From contig JBFWNU010000002.1 in assembly GCA_050250895.1 (NCBI GenBank), positions 855,659-919,658 of the forward strand: a DNA stretch of 64,000 nt, written 5' to 3'. Every line of letters starts with the position of its first letter. The stretch's first letter is position 1. This DNA is from Vulcanimicrobiota bacterium. Lineage in GTDB: Bacteria; Vulcanimicrobiota; Xenobia; Xenobiales; JADMJV01. The notes below the pieces were generated by a model that saw only the letters and a list, made by a program, of their open reading frames with translations, was not told the DNA's origin and searched no databases. The translations under genes were made by a program, and so were the position numbers. This document shows, in pieces, positions 28,469-36,668 of this stretch.

Positions 28469-30065
28469 GCCGGATACGGTCGGCCTGGCTAAGATACTCG
28501 TTGAGCCCAAAGTGAAAGATCGAGGTCTCGGCTGTCACCTGGGTCTGGGTGCCGCCGGTGGGACTAAAACCCTGACCGACCAGGGCATTGACCACCATGT
28601 CGAGAGGGTTGACGCCTTCTTCTGGACCGTCCATGTTCTGTTCGTCGAACTCCATTCCGGGCGGTCCGCTGATATTGGCGTCGAGCAACAGCCGCTTGAT
28701 TTGATGCCGGGGAGTGTTGTCGCGGTCGTTGCTTTGGAGCCGAAAGATGAGGGTGTGCAATTGGCTGATCTGTTCGGGTGTGAAATCGACGGTGAAGTTG
28801 ACCACCTGATCTCCCACCGGAAAAAGGTCATTGTCACGCACATTGTTGCGGAAACTGAAGCTGACGTGGGAGCGGTTGACGATAAAGTCGGCCGCCTCAG
28901 GCACCGACACCAACCCGACGTTGTCGAGGGTCACGTGGCTGCCGGGGTTGATCGCCTCTTCGGGATGATTGGCCAGAAAGGCGCCCACCAGGGTGATGTC
29001 CGAGGCGACCAGATCCCCTTCGGTGTAGATGATGCCTTGAAAATAGGAGCCGTCGGGCGAGCCCGAGATGGTGACCGTATCCTGGGCGATCAAAGCCACT
29101 TCATTGGCGGCCGCCAGGGCCACCCCCGAGTTGAGGGTGACTTTGCCTCGGGCCACAATCGCCCCACGCCCCACCACCGGCCCGTCGACGATCAGGTCGC
29201 CGTTGACCAGCAACACCCCCTCGTCGAGGCGCAGTTGCGACAACCTGGTCACATGCTCAGACGACTCGCGCACTCCGGCCACCAGCGTCTCGCCCCCGAG
29301 CAGCGGCCGCCCGCCTTTTTCGAAGTAGCGTTCGACCTCCAGAGGCGGCAGATCGACCTGGCCGGCAAAAGGACGCAACTCCCCGTCGACGGTGACTCCG
29401 TCGCTCACCATGATCGACCCCTTCGCCTCGAGATTGCCGGACACTCTGGTGTCGGTCCCGTCAAGTTCGACGGCTAACCCGGCGGCGTTGGAGCGCAAGT
29501 CGGCCCGGCTCAGGTCCTCGAGCTCAAAGCCGTCGACCGCCTCTTCGACACTGTCGAGGGCGCCCACCACCAGCCTGCCACTGGAGTGGACCGGCCCCGA
29601 CGAGGCCAGGGCATAAGGAAAGCCCGGCACGTGATAGATGGCTTCGACGGTCCGCTTGACCCCGCCCGACTCGCCCACGGCCACCACCTGAATGGCATCG
29701 ACCGGCAGCGAGCGCCCGTTCCAGCCCTCGACAGCCGCGGCCGCACCACGATTGTCGTGAGACTCGGGAATACCCCAGTCGGCGGCCTGCTGCTGGCTAA
29801 AGGCCACCCGCCCGACCGAGTCGGTCAGCTTCACTTCGACCGACTGGCTGGGGTCGTCGGTTTTGCCGAAGCCTGGCTCGGTCAGCAGCCGCTCCACCGC
29901 CTGGGCGATGGCCGCATCGGCGGCGTTGGTGGCCTGGTCGCCGTGGCCGGCCCTCAGGCCGAAGTTGAGGTGGAAGATGCCGGTGCTGGCCGCCGTGAGC
30001 CCCAGCAGCAAGATCAAGGTGCCCACCAGCAACGTGGTGGCCAGCGTATTGCCCCGAGTCTTCAC
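28446..30065 (-). CDS. PilX-like pilus-associated protein
   Basis: KTRG|NTLATTLLVG N-terminus; A..AADAAIAQA; beta-rich C-terminal part. Confidence 0.65.
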   Translation of the reverse strand: MKTRGNTLATTLLVGTLILLLGLTAASTGIFHLNFGLRAGHGDQATNAADAAIAQAVERLLTEPGFGKTDDPSQSVEVKLTDSVGRVAFSQQQAADWGIPESHDNRGAAAAVEGWNGRSLPVDAIQVVAVGESGGVKRTVEAIYHVPGFPYALASSGPVHSSGRLVVGALDSVEEAVDGFELEDLSRADLRSNAAGLAVELDGTDTRVSGNLEAKGSIMVSDGVTVDGELRPFAGQVDLPPLEVERYFEKGGRPLLGGETLVAGVRESSEHVTRLSQLRLDEGVLLVNGDLIVDGPVVGRGAIVARGKVTLNSGVALAAANEVALIAQDTVTISGSPDGSYFQGIIYTEGDLVASDITLVGAFLANHPEEAINPGSHVTLDNVGLVSVPEAADFIVNRSHVSFSFRNNVRDNDLFPVGDQVVNFTVDFTPEQISQLHTLIFRLQSNDRDNTPRHQIKRLLLDANISGPPGMEFDEQNMDGPEEGVNPLDMVVNALVGQGFSPTGGTQTQVTAETSIFHFGLNEYLSQADRIRLRLWKAH

Positions 30066-30109
30066 CTGGACTCTTTCGACCCGCGCTCGCCGGTCGCCTG
30101 GGCCGAGCC

Positions 30110-30430
30110 TCACGGGGCGGGAGGCGGCCGGCGGCTGAACTGAGAGTTCTGCCAGATGATCCGAGCCCGCTCGCCCACCATCTGGCAGGTAACCGGTCGA
30201 ACCGGGACGGAAAACTGTCGTGCAAACACAGAAGCTACCTCGTCGGCAAGCCCCTCCCAGTTCGAAAGGCCGGCTAGCATCACCATGAGAGCGTCGGCTT
30301 CAGGGCTGTACTCATCGGGTGGTCCGCCAATCGACATCGGATCGAGAGAAGCTAGCATCTTCTGCAGCTCGAGTCGAACTCGTAGATACTCCCTTTTCTT
30401 GCCATGGCTACTAGGGTCAGCCTTCAGCAC
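30110..30430 (-). CDS. Small hypothetical protein (DUF1871-like)
   Basis: LDPMSIGGPPDEYSPEA motif; start uncertain. Confidence 0.45.
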   Translation of the reverse strand: MLKADPSSHGKKREYLRVRLELQKMLASLDPMSIGGPPDEYSPEADALMVMLAGLSNWEGLADEVASVFARQFSVPVRPVTCQMVGERARIIWQNSQFSRRPPPAP

Positions 30431-30570
30431 GTCGACACCATGAAGCAGTCGCCCCTCCCTGACGGCCGCGGATTTCGTCGAGGTGCTCGTAATAGTAGAC
30501 GAGCGCGGCGTGAACTTCGGCCAGGGAGAGATGGAACTCGCGGGCGATCTGGACGTAGGCGGTGCCTGAA
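30417..30570 (-). pseudogene. DUF433 antitoxin C-terminal fragment
   Basis: QIAREFHLSLAEVHAALVYYYEHLDEI matches the DUF433 C-terminus; no N-terminal half. Confidence 0.55.
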
Positions 30571-30587
30571 GCGCGTCTGTCGTGGCG

Positions 30588-30978
30588 GCGCGGCGCGTGG
30601 TCGAAGCACAGGTCGGTGCGGCTCGCCAGTGGGGCGCCTGAGACATCGCGGAGATCAGGAGGGCACGGAGAGGGTTGTGGGGGGCGTGGGGTGAGCGTCC
30701 TGGCGACCACCTGGTGCCGCACCGCCGCCGTCAGCCTGGGTGGCTCGACCACGGTCGCGGGGCAAGCCGACCTCCGCACGGAAGAGCAACCTCGGCCGAG
30801 TACGGCGCTACCACGTGCCGAATCCGGCACCACCTGGTGCCGTACCGCCGCCGGCCAGCCTGGGTAGCTCGGCCACGGTCGCGGGCAAGTCGAGTTCCGC
30901 ACGGAAGAGGCGCGGCGCGTGGTCGAAGCACAAGCACAGGTCGGTGTGGCTCGCCAGTGGGGTGCCTGGGAGATATAT
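30588..30978. repeat. Interleaved imperfect duplications (two ~60-80 bp units, each twice)
   Basis: GCGCGGCGCGTGGTCGAAGCAC... near 30588 and 30910; ACCACCTGGTGCCG...CCGCACGGAAGAG near 30706 and 30829. Confidence 0.7.
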
Positions 30979-31449
30979 GCAGAAAGCATCAGGTCCATTG
31001 TAGCACGATGGGGGAGAGCCTCCCGAGTAGAGCGCTCGCAATATTTCCGCGGCGGCGGTTGGAAAGCGCTTCGCTTTTTGGTTGGCACTAGACGCAGCCG
31101 CCCACAGCCGCGGACCCCAGCCCGGATAACGGCCCGGCGATTTGGCAACCTACACTGCCGAATTCGGCGTACCAGACTGCCGAATGAAGGTGCGGCGACG
31201 GAGAAGTGACCCCCGCTGGTTAGGCCTTCTCTCGCGGAGGGGGTCGCTGAGCCGTCGCCCCCGGCGCGCTCCTCTCGCGCAGTTCTATCAGGTTCAACGT
31301 GGTCTGAGAACTGCGCCCGCGCGCCTTTCAGCCACGGTCACGCCCTTCTCCGTTGCAGTCTTGCTCACGTCCCGCGGCGCTGGCGAGCGCCCTTTGGGCA
31401 AAGGGCGCGCCAGCGCCGCGGTGGCGTTTCAGTTTCAGATTTCGAGCGG

Positions 31450-32076
31450 CTATGGTTGCAGCGGGCGAAATCTGGCCTGCTCTTCGCTCCAAACTCGCAA
31501 TCGTGGTAAGAAAACGCCTTTACCAAAAGAGTCGTTCGGATCTTCTCGCTGATCCCGAACGGAGAATTCCGATACGCCGTCGTGATCGCTGTCGGTTACA
31601 TCTATCGCAATCCCGTATGGGGAATCGAGCCTCCCAAGCTCTTTCAGTTCATCTGACGAGTCGAACAGCAACATTGAAATTTGGCCATGGCTGCCACCCC
31701 ACTGGTGGAAGAGCAACAAACCACGTTTGCCCGTGCTGTAAACACAAGCGCCTCCGATCCAAAAGTTTCGACCATATATTCGATAAGGCTTATCGGTTCT
31801 TTCGCCACGCCTAGTAATGGTTGCACGAGCAATCCTTCCAAAACTTAAGGACGTTGCCCTTTCACACAAGACCTCGAAAGCTCCGATGTCGCGCTTCTCT
31901 ACGATAGACCAATTTCTAACATCTGGGAAATCCCGTCGCGCCCCGAAAGCCTCGCCGGGCTTGGCCGCAGAACGTATGATGTAGCAGCGATTCACCTCCT
32001 CGGAGCTACCCATCAATGCTACCAAGCCAACGATTGCGACGATCACGAGCAGTCCAATGTTTCCTTTATGTCTCAT
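31450..32076 (-). CDS. Putative immunity protein for the Rhs toxin (membrane-anchored)
   Basis: 4 nt downstream of the Rhs stop; lower GC than host; N-terminal hydrophobic anchor. Confidence 0.6.
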   Translation of the reverse strand: MRHKGNIGLLVIVAIVGLVALMGSSEEVNRCYIIRSAAKPGEAFGARRDFPDVRNWSIVEKRDIGAFEVLCERATSLSFGRIARATITRRGERTDKPYRIYGRNFWIGGACVYSTGKRGLLLFHQWGGSHGQISMLLFDSSDELKELGRLDSPYGIAIDVTDSDHDGVSEFSVRDQREDPNDSFGKGVFLPRLRVWSEEQARFRPLQP

Positions 32077-32080
32077 TGCC

Positions 32081-34095
32081 TTACCCCAATAGCGATTTTA
32101 TGCACTGATTGAAGTGCTGGTTTTCTCCATTGCAGGAATGGTATGCCTTGGTGAGAGTATAGTAGGTGGACGGATCATCCGGTTCAACCCGTTTATTGTC
32201 ATAGTTTCTCACCCACCCAACTTCTTGGGCGAGAACTCTAACACCGATATCTATCTGGACGTCTGGATAAATGACGGAACCTACGTTCTCAGGCTTCTCG
32301 AGCTTCTTGCTCGCTTCTATAATCCAGCCGCGGTGCGCGACAATATCAATTTGAAAGAGCCCGACCATGGCTCTTCCCATTTTGAGGTCTTGGTTGTTGA
32401 CAATATCCGTGTACCAGAACTTGAGTAGCGACTCGGGCCCCCAGGGCACCAATCGCCCGACGCGGTCGTAGTTTACCTCGGGCGTCGTGCGTGGATCGTT
32501 GTAGCGGAAAGAAAAGTTGTCATCCCCTCCTTCAGCATAAATGAGACACCGAATGAACTTTGCCCAGGATTCTTCCTTGCCTTTGAAGACATCGTACTTG
32601 CCGATCTCATCTCGGATCATTTTTGCCCAAGCATCGGGCAATGCTGGGACCGCTGAGAGACCAATGGGATCAAATAGACTTACCGGGTCGTTCGATGCGT
32701 ATGCGAAGAAATTCGTTCCACCACGAAAACCGGCCGGGTCGCTAGAAATGTACCGTCCCAATGAGGTATCGTAATGACGCCTACGCATATAGAGCAGGTT
32801 GGTGAGTGCCGAATCATCGTGAACGCCCAGTCCACCAACGAAGGTCTTCGGACTAGAGCCCGAACCAGTCTTGGTCTGCTCACCGAACTCGAGATATTCG
32901 TATGCCGCCACTTCGTCGCCGCTGGCGTCCACCACCACCCGAACCGAAGACAAGCCGTCGGTCAGCAGGTAGAAGAAGTCGCCACCGCTCTCGAAGCCCA
33001 TCAACTGGTGGCCCATCAGGTAGTTGAACTCCACGGGTGAGCCAACCGTAGGCGTCTCCACCTCGTTCAATGTCGGCAAGCCCGAGTAGAAGCTCTCGGC
33101 CACCGTCTCGTCGTCGAGGATCTTGGCCTTGCGGATACCGCCGGCATCGTAGGTGTGCAGCACCTTGGTGTCGGCAGGAGAAAACGCCACCCGAATCAGG
33201 TTGTCCTGGTCGTCCCAACGATAGGCGATGGTGTCGCTGGTGGCCGCGTCGGTCCGCAGCGTCATGTTGCCATCTAGGTCATGGTCGAACGTCTCCTGGT
33301 CGGAGAAGTCGCCCGGGGTGCGCGATTGGAAGGTCGAGGTCACCTGGACCTTGGTGATCTGGTCGGCCGCATCGTAGAGATAACGGTAGGTCTTGGAGTT
33401 GACGTGGTCGTCCATGAACGTGCGGTTGTCGGACTCGTCATACTCGTAGACGCGCTGGGTCAAGAGACTGCCGGCGCCGATCTTCTTCTTGACCGTGGTC
33501 AGCCGGTTGAGCCAGTCATAGTCGTATTCCCAGCGCACCGGGTCAGCCGTGCCGGAGGTCGAAATCATGGCGGTGCGGTTGCCCGCATCGTCATACTCGT
33601 ATTCCAGCTCGAGCACGTTGTCGAAGCCGCTCATGCCGTCGTCTTTGAGATAGCGCAGGTTGGTCAGCTGGCCGTTGGCGTTCCAGCCGGCCCCCGTCGG
33701 CCCAGCGGCGCCGACGCGCAGCGTCGGAAGGGATGATGGGAACGACGCCTTCCGTCCAGTTTCGCGTCGTGGCCATGCGTTCTCATCATTCCGTAGAGCC
33801 GCGACCGGGTCGACGGTCATCAGGTTGGGAGTCATGGCACCGTCGTCGAACCTGGCCTCGATACCCGTCGAACTGGGATAGACGATCTTCTCGAGGCGGC
33901 CGCCGGCATCGTAAGTATAAGTGAACACCCGGTCGGCCTGGCTGGGCCGCTTGACGGTCACTTCGTAGAGCCGATTGTCGTTGTAGTAGCTATACTCCGT
34001 CACGTTACCCTGAATCGGTCACACACGTGAGGTTGCCCTCGTCATCGTAGTCGTAAGAGATATTCTCCCCGTTGGGGAAGATAACCTGGGTCGAG
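32081..34095 (-). pseudogene. Orphan/truncated Rhs (YD-repeat) protein with C-terminal toxin domain
   Basis: YD repeats (YTYDAGGRL, YEYDDAGNRT), core end YMRRRHYDTSLGRYISSDP...YASNDPVSLFDPIGL; upstream YDYDDEGNL lies in a different frame (frameshift near 34010); N-terminus missing. Confidence 0.85.
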
Positions 34096-34129
34096 CGCGG
34101 CTCGGCAGAACCTCATCGCATTTTGGCCG

Positions 34130-34460
34130 TCAATCCTCGAACTGGCGACCCTCGCGGTCCCGGAAAGTCAGGTCATGGGGAGCCGTTCCTTCGATGAAGA
34201 GAAAGCCGTCGTGGACGTTGCGGTGGCAGCCCGTGCAGAGGAAGATCAGGTTGGCCGGCACCGTCAGGCCGCCCAGGGCGAAGAATCGGATATGGTGGGA
34301 TTGTAGCCAGATATGGTTGGGGCAGGCCTTCGAGTTGGCGGGCCACGCGGCAACAGGCATTGGCCTCTTTCTTGGTCACTCCCAGCAGGCGGATAGCATA
34401 GTGGATGGGGCCACTGCAGCCAAAGTCTTGAAACGAACGCCAGATTTTTTGAGAAAGGCC
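34130..34460 (-). pseudogene. HNH endonuclease (DUF222-associated type) remnant
   Basis: CPNHIWLQSHHIRFFALGGLTVPANLIFLCTGCHRNVHDG; upstream piece FGCSGPIHYA...VARQLEGLP in another frame. Confidence 0.7.
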
Positions 34461-35011
34461 GCCTCCGGGGCTCTGAGCGGCCTTTTTGGCGATGTTTCGG
34501 AGCGATGTCGTGGGTTCGGGTTCTGGACGCACAAGCGGAAATTCTTTGAGAAAGTCCCTTGGGGACGAATCGAGCCTGTCACGCCCGACTTCTTTCGCGC
34601 TCTTGGGTTCGACGTGGTCTGGGGGCGTGGCCGAGCGGTCGCTCCCGAGTGCGTTTGAGTCACGCCCACCCCTTCGCGTTACAGTCCTTGCTCACGTCCC
34701 ACGCCGCGCGAAGCGCGGTCGTCGCAAGCCACCAGATCACCAGCCTGGCCACTCTCTGGCCACCGGTCTGGGGAGCGTATACGTTGAAGCCCAAGTCTCG
34801 GCCTCCGGCTGAGACTTGGACCCCGGGATGGGGCCGGCGCTAGCCACGCTCGTGGGGCCCCCTGCGCTGGCGAGCGCGCTTCGCTGGGCAAAGAACTGCT
34901 CTCGGTAGTTCAGCTACCCCTTCTTCTAGGACTGTGCGCTCCAATCGTTGTCTTCTTCACTGGTTGCTGAAGCACGAGCGAGTCTTCGTCCACCGAAACC
35001 TGGGACCCTGG

Positions 35012-36397
35012 TCAGGCACGCACTAGCAAGAAGCGCTCGAGTTCGTCCAGCGAGGTCTCGCCCTGAGCGGCTAGCGCGAGGGTCTGGGTCTCGAGGTCAG
35101 AGGGCTCGAATTCGCCCTCGAAGACCCGAGCAGTGAAAGGCAGCGACTCGGCCAGCAACACGCGGCCGCGATAGCCGCTCTGCTGGCAACGGTCGCAGCC
35201 CACGGCCCGGCGAAATTCGCGAGGCAGGGAGAAGTCTACCCGTGCCTGCAAGCTCTCGAACTCGGCCTCGGACAAAGGCTGGGGCTGGCTACAATGGGGA
35301 CACAGCTTGCGCACGAGTCGCTGCACCAGGATGAGTTCCACGGTCTGGGCCAGGGCGCGCGCCGAGCCAGCCAGCACCGACAGGCGAGAGAAGACGTCGC
35401 GGCAGTCGCGGCCGGCCATGCCGGCCACCACCAGGGCGCCGCGCAGCGCGGCCGTTTGAGCGGCCTCGAAGGCCTCGGGGTCGGGCAAGGCGGCTAGACC
35501 GATCACGTCGGGGTCGCTGCGCATCAGGGCTCGAAGGGCCGAGGCTTGGCTGCGGTTGGCTCCGGTCACGCTGGCCAGACTCACCTGGGTGGCCCAGGGT
35601 AGGGTCAACCAGGCCGGGTTCTCGATGGTCATCAGCTTAAGGTTGGGGCCGGCCACTTCGCCCAGGCAGGCGGCCAGCAACGAGTCGCGGCTCTCGTCGC
35701 CGGCGATGATGACCAGGCGGGCTCGCTTGCGCAGAGCCTGGCGCAAGCGAGCCAGGTCGACCTGGCGCAGGCCGAAGGTGGAAAGATCGGGCTGGCTCTG
35801 GTCGCGGTTCTGGAGCTTGACCGTCAGCGTTTCGCCCTGGGCGGACGGCAAGAACGACACGCGCAGGTCGAGTAGACCGCGGTCGGTCTCGACCAGGATG
35901 CGTCCGTCCTGGGGCAGGCTGGTTTCACGCACATCGCAGGCGGCGGCCCGCTTCCACTGTTCAACTAAGGGTGCCAGCAAGCGGTTGTCGAGGCGCGCTA
36001 GCAACTGCAGTTCGCCATCGACGCGGCCGCGTAGCCAGCACTGGCGCTCGGGACCCTGGCCGGTGTAGCAGCGGCCAAGATGAAGACTGTCGGCCTGGCG
36101 CTCGAGGGCCACTTTGAGCATGCGGTTGAAGGCGTCGAGCAGGGGGTCGGCCGTCCGTGGGGGCGGCCCGGCCAGGAGCGACTCGAGCTGGTCGAGGAAG
36201 GGACCAGGGTCGGCCAGCAGGTCGATGTGGGGCGCTTGGCCGCGCAGGAAGCGGTCGAGTTCTGCTCGCTCGAAACGCCACTGGCGCCCGATCTTGCGAG
36301 CCGACAGCCGGCCTTCTCGCAGCCAGCGATAGAGGGTGTTACGGGTAGTGTTGAGGGCCTCGGCGGCCTCGGCCATGGTGAGCAGATCCTCTTTCAT
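35012..36397 (-). CDS. Excisionase-type HTH fused to a degenerate GspE/PilB-family ATPase
   Basis: LLTMAEAAEALN..RNTLYRWLREGRL.ARKIGRQWRF; RVDGEL, PQDGR, LRSDPD-like MRSDPDVI, QRLVRKLCPHC, GCDRC..GYRGR. Confidence 0.85.
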   Translation of the reverse strand: MKEDLLTMAEAAEALNTTRNTLYRWLREGRLSARKIGRQWRFERAELDRFLRGQAPHIDLLADPGPFLDQLESLLAGPPPRTADPLLDAFNRMLKVALERQADSLHLGRCYTGQGPERQCWLRGRVDGELQLLARLDNRLLAPLVEQWKRAAACDVRETSLPQDGRILVETDRGLLDLRVSFLPSAQGETLTVKLQNRDQSQPDLSTFGLRQVDLARLRQALRKRARLVIIAGDESRDSLLAACLGEVAGPNLKLMTIENPAWLTLPWATQVSLASVTGANRSQASALRALMRSDPDVIGLAALPDPEAFEAAQTAALRGALVVAGMAGRDCRDVFSRLSVLAGSARALAQTVELILVQRLVRKLCPHCSQPQPLSEAEFESLQARVDFSLPREFRRAVGCDRCQQSGYRGRVLLAESLPFTARVFEGEFEPSDLETQTLALAAQGETSLDELERFLLVRA

Positions 36398-36668
36398 GTG
36401 CATAGTGTATCATAGTTATATTGATGCGCTAAGTGATATTTGGACTAGGGCCAGTCCCCCGGTCCGCTCGTCGACAAACCCGATTCCAGGCCGCCGCCAA
36501 AGACATTCCGGGCCAGCTTCAGCCTTTCAGAGTTTTTTCCGGGGGCGCGAATAGACTCTTCCACAGGTGAAAGAAGCGCGGGCCATGCGTTTTCAGGATC
36601 CTTTAATTCGATTCAGATAAATGTTTCAAACGAGAGTGCCACAACTCGTTAACTGTAGGAGGACTTGG

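Noticed and set aside
35012-36403. Prophage/ICE excisionase marking an integrated element
   Set aside because: The HTH is fused to a PilB-like domain; no integrase, tRNA or att site is visible
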